From Crocinitomicaceae bacterium (GTDB lineage: Bacteria > Bacteroidota > Bacteroidia > Flavobacteriales_D > Sanyastnellaceae), in NCBI GenBank assembly GCA_002690915.1, contig NZGF01000079.1, positions 29,802 through 93,801 of the forward strand: a stretch of DNA of 64,000 bases. The letters run 5' to 3'. Below are positions 43,735 to 52,558 of the stretch, piece after piece. A model generated the notes under the pieces. That model was not told the origin of the DNA and did not search any database. It saw nothing but the letters and a program-made list of their open reading frames with translations. The stretch's first letter is position 1. Every line of letters starts with the position of its first letter. Both the position numbers and the translations under genes were made by a program.

Positions 43735-46560
43735 ATGATCACGCCTCCCTCTGAACGCAAGCTGTTTCTCATCGACGCATATGCCCTTATTTTCAGAGCA
43801 TATTACGCCTTCATCAAGAACCCACGGATCAACTCGAAAGGCCTGAATACGAGTGCCATTTTTGGCTTCACCAACGCATTACTCGATGTCATTCGTAATG
43901 AATCCCCATCGCATATAGCCGTCGTGTTTGATGCCCCCGGGGGGTCCTTCCGGAATGAGACCTATTCCGAATACAAAGCCAACCGCGAGGAGACCCCGGA
44001 AGACATCAAGCGTTCGGTGCCCTGGATTTTAGAGGTGCTCGAGGGTTTGGACGTCCCGGCCATCAGTAAGGTGGGTTTCGAGGCCGATGACGTCATCGGA
44101 TTTCTAGCCAAGAAAGCCGCAGTCGATGGCTTTGATGTCTTCATGATGACACCAGACAAAGACTTTGGCCAACTTGTAACGGATAAAATTCGGATGTTTC
44201 GGCCCGGACGCGGAGGCAGTCCCGCAGAGGTCTGGGGACCGGCTGAAATTCGAGAAAAATTCGACGTGGACGAACCTCTCCAGATCATCGATTTACTAGG
44301 GATGATGGGAGACAGTGCGGATAACATCCCTGGCATTCCAGGAGTAGGCGCCAAAACTGCCTCCAAACTGCTGCACCAATACGGCAGCTTGGAGAGCGTT
44401 ATCGAAAACGCCGGTGAATTGAAAGGGAAACTCAAGGAGCGAGTCGAAGAGAACACCGAACTCGCTCTGCTCTCCAAAGAATTAGCCACCATCTGTCTTG
44501 ACATACCAATGGAATACGATTGGCAATCAATGACGTTGAGTGCGCCCCAAACCGAAGCGCTGCGGCGCACTCTCGAAGACCTTGAGTTCCGTGCCCTCGC
44601 CCGCCGCATTCTCGGCGATGTAGCTTCCGAAGCCTCATCTGCAGGGAGCGACGCCAACACAGCCAATGCTTCAAGTGAGCCCGCTCAATTGGACCTGTTC
44701 AACGGAGGAGAAAGCAGCAGCGTTCCAACCGAATCCGCAAGCAGTTACCGCACTGCCGGCGACGTCCAAGCCGATTACCAGTTCGTAGCGACACCGAACG
44801 CCCTCAATGACCTACTCGAATTACTGAAAGCTAACGAGTCATTTGCCTTTGATACTGAAACATCGTCATTGGATGTGATGACTGCCCAACTGGTAGGTAT
44901 CTCATTCTCGGTAGCGGCAGAATCAGGGTTCTGGGTGCCAGCAACCACAGAGCACTGGACGGAGGAGGAACTCTTGAGTCGGCTTCAACCGATCTTTGCC
45001 GATGCTAACAAAGAGGCCATCGCGCATCACTTTAAATTCGACTACAAGATGCTCGCCATTCGGGGTATGTCTTTTGCAAACAAGGTCTTCGACACCATGG
45101 TTGCACACTACCTCATTCAACCTGAAGCCTCGCACAAACTCGATCGCCTTGCTGAAACCGAACTCGGCTATGCCACCATTCCCATCACAGATTTGATTGG
45201 GAAAGCAGGGAAAACACAAAAATCCATGGCCGATTTGCCCGTGGATTCAATCACCAAATACGCCTGCGAAGACGCCGACATCACCTTCCAATTGCGGCAG
45301 ATCCTTGGGCCGGGTTTGGCTCAAGTCGCGGCGGATGAACTGTTTAAAACCGTTGAGGTGCCGCTGGTCAAGATCTTGGCCGATATGGAAATTGAGGGAG
45401 TGCGAATTGATTCGGATGAATTGAACCGGTACAGCACAGAATTGGGGGAGCAAATCGGCACGTTGACCCGTGAAATCCATGACCAAGCGGGACAGGTGTT
45501 CAACATCGACAGCCCGAAGCAATTGGGTCCCATCTTGTTCGAGACCCTAGAAATCAAGGCCAGGGTCAAGAAAACGAAGACTGGTCAATACCCCACAGGT
45601 GAGGAAGTCCTCGAAAAAATAAAGACGGAACATCCCATTGTCCCGGCGGTCTTACGCTACCGCAAGCTCAAAAAACTCAAGTCCACTTACGTCGATCCCC
45701 TGCCCAAATTGGTCAACGCCCTATCCGGTCGAGTGCACACCACCTACCAGCAAACGGTTGCGGCAACTGGACGTTTGAGCTCCAAGGATCCCAACCTCCA
45801 GAATATCCCGATCCGCACCGAAGAAGGCAGGGCCATTCGAAAAGCATTCATCCCACGTGATGACAACCACGTCCTCCTCGCCGCCGATTACAGCCAAGTT
45901 GAGTTGCGCATCGCTGCCGCATTGAGCCAAGATCCAGGATTGGTGGATGCCTTTGTTCAGGGCCATGACGTGCACACGGCCACCGCTGCCAAGGTTTTTC
46001 AAGTCGATCCCGATGCGGTAGACCGCGACATGAGGAGCAAAGCCAAGGCTGTCAATTTCGGCATTTTGTACGGCCAAGGTGCCTTCGGATTGGCCCAAAA
46101 CCTTGGCATACCCCGCCGCGAAGCGAAAGAAATCATCGATGCGTATTTTCTTGAATTCGCTCAACTCAAGGCCTTCACAGCCGATTGCGTTGACCGGGTG
46201 CGCGAGACCGGGTACGCCGAAACTGTTCTCGGCCGCAGGCGGTACTTGCCGGACATCGCTTCCAACAATGCCACCGTACGCGCCTTTGCCGAACGGAATG
46301 CGGTAAACGCTCCTATACAAGGCTCGGCAGCAGACATCATCAAAGTCGCCATGGTCCGTATGCAAGCCGCGCTAAATGAAAACCAATTGAACACCCGCAT
46401 GATTATGCAGGTGCACGATGAATTGGTGTTCGATGTTCCGACCGATGAAGTTGCGCAATTGGAAGGCCTGATCAAGGCGGCCATGGCAGATGCTGTGAAA
46501 ATCGCCGTACCTCTCGTGGTAGACATGTCGACCGGCCAAAATTGGCTCGAAGCCCACTGA
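43735..46560 (+). CDS. polA: DNA polymerase I (5'-3' exonuclease, 3'-5' exonuclease-like and polymerase domains)
   Basis: Seen: LFLIDAYALIFRAYYA, GIPGVGAKTA, DTETSSLD, DYSQVELRI, RSKAKAVNFGILYG and QVHDELVF. Confidence 0.95.
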   Translation: MITPPSERKLFLIDAYALIFRAYYAFIKNPRINSKGLNTSAIFGFTNALLDVIRNESPSHIAVVFDAPGGSFRNETYSEYKANREETPEDIKRSVPWILEVLEGLDVPAISKVGFEADDVIGFLAKKAAVDGFDVFMMTPDKDFGQLVTDKIRMFRPGRGGSPAEVWGPAEIREKFDVDEPLQIIDLLGMMGDSADNIPGIPGVGAKTASKLLHQYGSLESVIENAGELKGKLKERVEENTELALLSKELATICLDIPMEYDWQSMTLSAPQTEALRRTLEDLEFRALARRILGDVASEASSAGSDANTANASSEPAQLDLFNGGESSSVPTESASSYRTAGDVQADYQFVATPNALNDLLELLKANESFAFDTETSSLDVMTAQLVGISFSVAAESGFWVPATTEHWTEEELLSRLQPIFADANKEAIAHHFKFDYKMLAIRGMSFANKVFDTMVAHYLIQPEASHKLDRLAETELGYATIPITDLIGKAGKTQKSMADLPVDSITKYACEDADITFQLRQILGPGLAQVAADELFKTVEVPLVKILADMEIEGVRIDSDELNRYSTELGEQIGTLTREIHDQAGQVFNIDSPKQLGPILFETLEIKARVKKTKTGQYPTGEEVLEKIKTEHPIVPAVLRYRKLKKLKSTYVDPLPKLVNALSGRVHTTYQQTVAATGRLSSKDPNLQNIPIRTEEGRAIRKAFIPRDDNHVLLAADYSQVELRIAAALSQDPGLVDAFVQGHDVHTATAAKVFQVDPDAVDRDMRSKAKAVNFGILYGQGAFGLAQNLGIPRREAKEIIDAYFLEFAQLKAFTADCVDRVRETGYAETVLGRRRYLPDIASNNATVRAFAERNAVNAPIQGSAADIIKVAMVRMQAALNENQLNTRMIMQVHDELVFDVPTDEVAQLEGLIKAAMADAVKIAVPLVVDMSTGQNWLEAH

Positions 46561-46669
46561 TTTCGAAGGAATTGCTCTGCACATCCCGGTGTGTGGAACT
46601 TTTTTGATTGGTTTCCGTATAGGTGTCGGGTGAGAAGCATATTGGGCTTCAATATCCAGACTAACAATC

Positions 46670-47593
46670 ATGCGTTTTAATCAACGAATCCAAGCCCTTC
46701 CCGTCCTCATCGGATTGGGCACATTTTTAGCCACCGGTTGCGGTGGAAGCCAAGACGAGCACGCCGGACACGACCACGCCCCCGAGACGGAAGTCGTGGA
46801 AGGCATGGATGCAGATGGTATGGCGGTGACTTCCCGTCAAAACACCCTCACGAAGATTTTTCACGCCGCTCCATCACCAATGGAAACGGCGTCATTGATC
46901 AAACGCAGCGGTGCCAGTTTCCATGGTGATGCTTTGAACAGTGCCGATCGTACAAGCGAATACACCACCAGCGATGCACAAGCCATCAACCTGGGAATCT
47001 ATGGTGCTGACCTAAGCTACGCAACCATCTTCGAAGAAAACGCAACAAGCCTCGAATACCTCACGGCGATCAAATCACTCAGCTCAGAACTCGGAGTGGA
47101 CGACGTTTTAAGCGGAGAAGTAATGGAAGAGGTTGAAGCTAACCGCAACGACCGGGGCATGCTCATAGACATTGTTTCGGATACGTTTTACGAGCTCAAT
47201 GAACGCCTGAAGTTCAACGGCCAAGAAGACTTGGCTGGACTTGTAGTGGCTTCGGGTTGGGTAGAGGGCATTTACCTCGCAACGCGTCACCTCGATGAAG
47301 CCCCGGATGAACTCAAAACCCGCATCGCTGAGCAGAAGCTCGTCCTCGATGACGTCATGCGCCTGTGCAAGAGCTACGAGCAAACCGAAGCCTTGGCCGC
47401 CTTGTTAACCTCCATGGAATCCATTGAGGCAGCATACACAGGTGTCGTCTCCGCAGATGGCGAAGGCACCACATCCCGCGAAGAATCCGGATCATTCGTC
47501 ATTGGAGGCGGTCCAAATTTTAGTGCGGATGACGCTACGATTCAAGCCATTGCTTCCGCTGTGGAAGCCGTTAGATCGGGTTGTATTCAATAA
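46670..47593 (+). CDS. Lipoprotein of unknown function (His/Asp-rich N-terminal linker, helical body)
   Basis: It has a lipobox (LATGC) followed by GGSQDEHAGHDHAPE. The rest is predicted helical, and I recognise no family motif. Confidence 0.55.
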   Translation: MRFNQRIQALPVLIGLGTFLATGCGGSQDEHAGHDHAPETEVVEGMDADGMAVTSRQNTLTKIFHAAPSPMETASLIKRSGASFHGDALNSADRTSEYTTSDAQAINLGIYGADLSYATIFEENATSLEYLTAIKSLSSELGVDDVLSGEVMEEVEANRNDRGMLIDIVSDTFYELNERLKFNGQEDLAGLVVASGWVEGIYLATRHLDEAPDELKTRIAEQKLVLDDVMRLCKSYEQTEALAALLTSMESIEAAYTGVVSADGEGTTSREESGSFVIGGGPNFSADDATIQAIASAVEAVRSGCIQ

Positions 47594-47611
47594 TCGAGAA
47601 GTAGAATAGCA

Positions 47612-48037
47612 ATGAAATATACACTCATACTCTTGTTTGCCTTTGGGCTGTTCGCGACAACGGCTGACGCCCAATGCCGTTCATTCACGAAGAAGAACTG
47701 CATGTCATCGTTGGATGGATACATCCAAAACGACAATTACAACAGCGCAATTCTCATTCCTGGAGACGACGCCGAATTGATGTTGACGTTCTTGGCAGGC
47801 CAAGACTACCGTTTGATCGTCTGCAGCCACCCCGTGTTGGGAGAAGTGGCTTATGAAATCAACGATGCAAGCGGCAAGCGCTTGTTTGACAGCCGCAAAA
47901 ACGAACCGGACCTCAACTACGTTGACTTTAAGGTTGAGACCACACAGCAACTGCAAATTCATGTGCAAGTGCCTGAAAGCAAGACCGCTATCATGCACGA
48001 GGGCTGTGTCACAGTATTGGTCGGCTCAAAAAGCTGA
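47612..48037 (+). CDS. Small exported four-cysteine protein of unknown function
   Basis: It has a signal peptide (MKYTLILLFAFGLFATTADAQ) and Cys residues at 22, 30, 81 and 132. The pattern is beta-rich. It lies 18 nt downstream of the lipoprotein gene. Confidence 0.55.
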   Translation: MKYTLILLFAFGLFATTADAQCRSFTKKNCMSSLDGYIQNDNYNSAILIPGDDAELMLTFLAGQDYRLIVCSHPVLGEVAYEINDASGKRLFDSRKNEPDLNYVDFKVETTQQLQIHVQVPESKTAIMHEGCVTVLVGSKS

Positions 48038-48057
48038 ACCCACACTCCTCTAAAAAT

Positions 48058-48090
48058 TGAAAACGGCCGCATTGTGCGGCCGTTTTTTAT
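48058..48090. terminator. Bidirectional rho-independent terminator
   Basis: The sequence is AAAACGGCCGCA-TTG-TGCGGCCGTTTTTT. The 8-bp GC-rich stem extends by A/T pairs, with an A-run on one side and a T-run on the other. It lies between convergent stops at 48037 and 48109. Confidence 0.9.
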
Positions 48091-48108
48091 TTAGTGCTGC
48101 CCTTAGAA

Positions 48109-50220
48109 TTAATTCACCATAAGCTGCATCGCCGACCGGCGACCGTCAGCTTCTACCACCAACAGATAGTTACCCTGGGCCAACTGAGATGATGGCACTT
48201 CAAATCGATAGGTTCCCGCAGGCAACGAACCTTCAAGGCCATTCCACATGTGACGCCCAGTCACGTCGAACAGGTCAACCGAAACGACATCATAAGGCTG
48301 GCGCGTGTTAAACTCCAACGTTGCTGTTGAAGACGTTGGATTCGGGTAGACAGACAATGCTATGCCGCGCAATCGCTCACGTTCTTCGATGTCGGAAGCC
48401 GTCAGCACTTCAATGTTGATGTCATCTAAGAAAATATTGTTCCCAAGGCGGCTCTCAAATTCGAACTTGAGACGGAAATTCTCCGTAAAGAATTGCGTAT
48501 GCGGAATGCTCAAGGTGTAGCTGTTCCACTCATCCGGTCCATTGGGCGTGAAAGCGAATGGATGCGGAGGCGCCGATGGCAGGTCCGTGAATCCCCGATG
48601 CATGCGCCGCAAGCTCCAAGTTTCGCCGCAGTCGGGCGAAGCGTACACCTTCAATCGGTCATCCGTAACGTCCTCGTCTTCGTTGGTTCCTTTGTAGCAG
48701 TACGCCCACTTGTACGACACCTGAATCTCTTCCGCGTTGGACATGTCCATTCTGCTGGTAATAAGCTGATCTCGGTTGTATTCGATTGCGTTTGACCAGT
48801 TGTGAATGCGCAAGGAGCGGTCTCCGGTGTAGGCTGCAGCCGTCACCACCTCCCATCCATCGCCGTCGTTGGACACGTCCACCATGAACCAATCATCGCT
48901 CAGTTCGGCGGCTTCGAAGCTGTCCTCAAAAGGCGTTTCCATGGCCCCCGCCTCCAGCACCTGAATGTAGGCTGGCTCCGTAAGGGACACTTCGTTAGAC
49001 CCGTTGGACACGGTCAGCGTCACATCGAAAATCCCGGCTTGGTCAAAGACGTGCCAGGGCGTTTCTTCATCGCTTGTTCCGCCGTCTCCAAAGTTCCAAG
49101 ACCAGCCAGTCACCCCGTGGTAGCTCGAATCAAAAAATTGAATCGAATCCCCTACGCAAACGGTCTGACGAGAAGCCGTGAAACGCGCCTCGCACAAAAT
49201 TGGAGCTTGGTCGACGCCAGTCTCCTCCAAATTCTCAGGAGTCCAGAGTTGATTGCGCTGCGCCGTGCTGCTGTTCATGGCTGCGCGCATGCGCAACCGC
49301 TGGCCTTCCGTGAACATGCGGCCGCAGTAGGAATAGTCCATGTAATTCTGAACATTATCCAGGGAGCCACATGTCTCACCGTCGAGGTTGCAAGCGGTCC
49401 AACCGCTCGTAAGCGGCGTGTCGTCCACGTTGTCATCTATTTCGCAATTTTCCGAATCACCGGGGCTATTGGAGTTGCCCCAAGGGTGGCGCAGATTCAT
49501 CCAATGGCCCGCTTCGTGGGTCAAGGTGCGAGATCGGTAGTTATTGCTCGTACCGATGTTGCCCGTGTAATCGTGCGCCACGACGATGCCGTCGTTGCCA
49601 GCGCCCATCCAACCGTCCACCGAACTTGGATAGAGGCTGTACCCCGCTGCTCCGTTGGCGTCTTCAACCACCCAAATGTTGAGATAGCTGTTGCGCGGCC
49701 ATTGGATCAAGTCCTTCACATCGCCATCACCTATGTAAGTCAAAGGTGACACGATGCGGTTAATGCCCGTGTGGCAATTGCCATCTGGATCGATTTGGGC
49801 CAGTCGGAATTCGATTTCAGAGTCCGCTGCGATGTCCTCAAATTCGGTGATGACGTCTGCCGTGTCCGGATTGAGTTTGCGGAAGTCGCGGTTCATGACC
49901 TCGATTCCGCTGTACACCTGATCATCGCTAATGTTTTCCGGTCCGTTGTAGTGAATGACATGGAAGACCACCGGGATAACAATCAGTTCATCGCGATTGA
50001 TGTCCTCAAAGGCTTGCGATTCCTCTTCCAGTCGCTGATCCGCTTCTTGTGCTGCCTCCCGCGCTCCGGGATGGGCATTGAAAAACGCCTCCTCCATCAT
50101 CCACTGGCCACAGTAGCGAATGTCCTCCGGCGGCGGGGTGTCCTGTGCATTACTCGCTGACGCTAAAAACAAAAAGGCTGAGCATACCGCAAAAGGCAGC
50201 CAAAGGGTTTGAGTGACCAT
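48109..50220 (-). CDS. Secreted M43 (pappalysin/cytophagalysin-like) zinc metalloprotease with PKD domain and T9SS C-terminal sorting domain
   Basis: It has a signal peptide from ATG 50220 and the zinc site HEAGHWMNLRH followed by ...C..DD.V.DTP. The PKD domain shows WSWNFGDGGTS. The C-terminal LSVYPNPTSSTATLEF....GNYLLVVE is typical of type-A T9SS CTDs. Confidence 0.85.
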   Translation of the reverse strand: MVTQTLWLPFAVCSAFLFLASASNAQDTPPPEDIRYCGQWMMEEAFFNAHPGAREAAQEADQRLEEESQAFEDINRDELIVIPVVFHVIHYNGPENISDDQVYSGIEVMNRDFRKLNPDTADVITEFEDIAADSEIEFRLAQIDPDGNCHTGINRIVSPLTYIGDGDVKDLIQWPRNSYLNIWVVEDANGAAGYSLYPSSVDGWMGAGNDGIVVAHDYTGNIGTSNNYRSRTLTHEAGHWMNLRHPWGNSNSPGDSENCEIDDNVDDTPLTSGWTACNLDGETCGSLDNVQNYMDYSYCGRMFTEGQRLRMRAAMNSSTAQRNQLWTPENLEETGVDQAPILCEARFTASRQTVCVGDSIQFFDSSYHGVTGWSWNFGDGGTSDEETPWHVFDQAGIFDVTLTVSNGSNEVSLTEPAYIQVLEAGAMETPFEDSFEAAELSDDWFMVDVSNDGDGWEVVTAAAYTGDRSLRIHNWSNAIEYNRDQLITSRMDMSNAEEIQVSYKWAYCYKGTNEDEDVTDDRLKVYASPDCGETWSLRRMHRGFTDLPSAPPHPFAFTPNGPDEWNSYTLSIPHTQFFTENFRLKFEFESRLGNNIFLDDINIEVLTASDIEERERLRGIALSVYPNPTSSTATLEFNTRQPYDVVSVDLFDVTGRHMWNGLEGSLPAGTYRFEVPSSQLAQGNYLLVVEADGRRSAMQLMVN

Positions 50221-50332
50221 GGTTTCAAAACTTGGTCCCGCAAAATACCACATTTTCTTAGGGATTCAGATGATTGGCTTTAAGACGTTAATTCAAGTGC
50301 TTCGTTTAGCTCCTCAGCAGTAGTTTCGAAGC

Positions 50333-50773
50333 ATGAAGTCATATCTCCATTGGATCCTTTTCGCATTCGCGGCGTTGTTAACGGCATGCGCAGGCGGCAC
50401 TACAACCCCTTCAGAAACCAAAGCTCGACCCCAAGTTGAGGAGATTTCCATCCTCGAACTGGACTCATTGAACGCAGCACTCCCGAACGCCATTCTACTC
50501 GATGTGCGCTCAGACGAAGAATGGGCTGCGGGGCACCTTTCGGGGGCCTCCTACATTTCATTTGATTGGGACCACCGGTTGAATCTGTTGAAGGCGCTAC
50601 CTCAAGACCGGCCTATTCTCGTTTACTGCGAAGCCGGAGGACGAAGTGGGGTTATCTCTGAAGAGCTGCGTATCCAGGGACACACTTACATCATTGACCT
50701 TCTTGGAGGCATGGAAGTATGGTCCGAAAACGAGCGGCCAGTGGTATTTGGTGCGCCAGTAGCGTTGCCTTAA
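50333..50773 (+). CDS. Rhodanese-domain lipoprotein
   Basis: It has a lipobox (LLTAC). The rhodanese motifs are LLDVRSDEEWAAGHL and the active-site loop YCEAGGRS. Confidence 0.85.
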   Translation: MKSYLHWILFAFAALLTACAGGTTTPSETKARPQVEEISILELDSLNAALPNAILLDVRSDEEWAAGHLSGASYISFDWDHRLNLLKALPQDRPILVYCEAGGRSGVISEELRIQGHTYIIDLLGGMEVWSENERPVVFGAPVALP

Positions 50774-51252
50774 GGCGACGCTAAAGGCTCAAGACGGAAC
50801 CCAATGTCCGACACGCCGTGCAAAAGTGTTTCTCGCATCCCGTGCCGGATGCCAATAGCGTAGTCACCTACTAAGGGAAAACCGGTCTGACTTCGGAACC
50901 CGATACGGTGGTCGACGAAGTTGCCAAAGCCGGTCCCTAGCCACCTGCCGCGTTTGTCTGCCAGGTCACAAGCCAGGGTATCCCTTAAGGTGCGTCCATT
51001 CGGAAACGTAAAATCCACGAACAGGTAGATGTTACTGAACGGGTAACGCTGGTCGTGCCGAAGGTCAATGAAAAAGTCATACTTGGTCAACGTATCCGTC
51101 ACCTGCCATTCGAAGGTGGCTTTTTGATCTGCGTCCCAGCCGAGATCAGGATCAAGCGGCTGGGTTTCAGCAAAAAATGCATCCGTTCCGCATCCCAAAC
51201 CAACCAATGCCAGACCCCACAAGTACCAGCGGAACGACCTCATGGTTTTCAC
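50770..51252 (-). CDS. gldH: Gliding-motility lipoprotein GldH
   Basis: It has a lipobox (LVGLGC). W....TFEW.V.D....YDFFIDLRHDQRYPFSNIYLFV and a C-terminal GVSDIGFRLE parallel Flavobacterium GldH. The position after holB-PSP1 is conserved. Confidence 0.8.
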   Translation of the reverse strand: MKTMRSFRWYLWGLALVGLGCGTDAFFAETQPLDPDLGWDADQKATFEWQVTDTLTKYDFFIDLRHDQRYPFSNIYLFVDFTFPNGRTLRDTLACDLADKRGRWLGTGFGNFVDHRIGFRSQTGFPLVGDYAIGIRHGMRETLLHGVSDIGFRLEPLASP

Positions 51253-52538
51253 GATTTACCGGCTTTCTCATTGGCATTCCGCGGCGGACGGCGACGCTTC
51301 TTCCGTTGCTTACCCTGGTTGTTACCGTCCGTTTTGTTCGCGTGTGACGGTGCTTTGCCGGATGCCTTCGCCTCGTCTCCACCGGGCTTATTCTTGTTGC
51401 CCGAGCGGTTTTTTCGGCCGGAGCGCTTCTTCCGACGTCGACGTTCTTCGTCAAAACGCGTCAAGCTGTCCTGTCCCACAACGTTTGAATACGTCTCATC
51501 CACCTCATCTGGTCCCTCTTCCAGCGCAAACTCTGTAAGGCTGTTCGGATACTCCCCGCGCTGGTTCATTTCGAGGAGCTCGTTCATGTCCTCTAGTGTC
51601 ACCGCAACCGGCCCGTTTGCGCCTCCATCGGGTGCAATCAGATAGACCAAGCGTTTAAAAATGTCCATTTTGAAAACAAAAGCACGGCCTTCCTTAAGCT
51701 TGACTTTCGCATTGGGCGAGGGGAAATTCTTGACCGCCTCCACGTATTGGTCCAGTTCAAAATTTAGGCAGCATTTCAACTTGCCGCACTGCCCCGCCAA
51801 TTTCTGAGGGTTCAGTGACATCTGCTGGTAACGGGCTGCTGACGTACTTACGCTTCGGAAATCTTTCAGCCAACTTGAGCAACACAATTCCCTCCCGCAT
51901 ACACCGATTCCGCCAATCCGAGCCGCTTCTTGTCGCGCACCGATTTGACGCATATCAATCCGAACACTGAAAGCCGATGCCAAAGCGCGCACCAATTCCC
52001 GGAAGTCCACCCGATTCTCAGCAGTGTAGTAAAAGGTTGCCTTCTTACCGTCACCTTGAAACTCGACATCGGTCAGCTTCATATCAAGCGCGAGCTCTTT
52101 GATGATCCCACGCGCTCCTCGAATGGTCTCCGCTTCGCGCATGCTTGCCTTCTGCCACGTGTCAATGTCCTCCTGAGTCGCCTTGCGTTCGATACGCTTG
52201 ATTTCATGGTCGTCCTTGGCTCTCCTCGCGTTCATCTGCGCACGGACGAGTTCACCGGTCAAGCTAACCACACCTACATCCACTCCGTGGTCTGCGTCGA
52301 GCACTACCACGTCACCAACGTGCACGTCAATTTTTGAAGGCTTCCGAAAAAAACCTTTGCGGTTGGCTTTGAACCGCACTTCAACCACATCAAAAGGGCG
52401 TTGACCCGATGGCAACGCAACCCCTTCTAACCAATCGAACACGGTGAGTGGTCCGCAACCTTCGACTCCGCATTTTCCGTTACTTCGGCAACCCCGGGGT
52501 TTGCCGTCCTCTCCATTTCTACAATTGCTGCAACTCAT
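51249..52538 (-). CDS. PSP1/RicT-family protein (YaaT-like) with N-terminal Cys cluster and polybasic C-terminal tail
   Basis: The PSP1 core includes VVEVRFKANRKGFF, DVVVLDADHGVDVG, ENRVDFRELVR and IGVCGRELCCSSW. The N-terminus has seven Cys in the first 28 aa. The last ~70 aa are rich in Arg and Lys. Confidence 0.85.
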   Translation of the reverse strand: MSCSNCRNGEDGKPRGCRSNGKCGVEGCGPLTVFDWLEGVALPSGQRPFDVVEVRFKANRKGFFRKPSKIDVHVGDVVVLDADHGVDVGVVSLTGELVRAQMNARRAKDDHEIKRIERKATQEDIDTWQKASMREAETIRGARGIIKELALDMKLTDVEFQGDGKKATFYYTAENRVDFRELVRALASAFSVRIDMRQIGARQEAARIGGIGVCGRELCCSSWLKDFRSVSTSAARYQQMSLNPQKLAGQCGKLKCCLNFELDQYVEAVKNFPSPNAKVKLKEGRAFVFKMDIFKRLVYLIAPDGGANGPVAVTLEDMNELLEMNQRGEYPNSLTEFALEEGPDEVDETYSNVVGQDSLTRFDEERRRRKKRSGRKNRSGNKNKPGGDEAKASGKAPSHANKTDGNNQGKQRKKRRRPPRNANEKAGKS

Positions 52539-52558
52539 TAGAGCTAAGATACGGAGGT

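Noticed and set aside
43962-44666. A 234-aa minus-strand ORF, plus a second 214-aa ORF at 45721-46365.
   Set aside because: Both lie inside polA on the opposite strand. They are Ser/Arg-rich and low in complexity. They are shadow ORFs.
48802-49749. A 315-aa ORF on the plus strand.
   Set aside because: It is antisense to the M43 protease gene, whose catalytic and PKD motifs are unambiguous. I recognise nothing in the antisense product.
51380-51450. An apparent peptide repeat (RFFRPERFFRRRR) in a plus-strand ORF, together with repetitive DNA.
   Set aside because: It mirrors the low-complexity Arg/Lys-rich tail of the PSP1 gene on the other strand. It is not an independent repeat element or gene.
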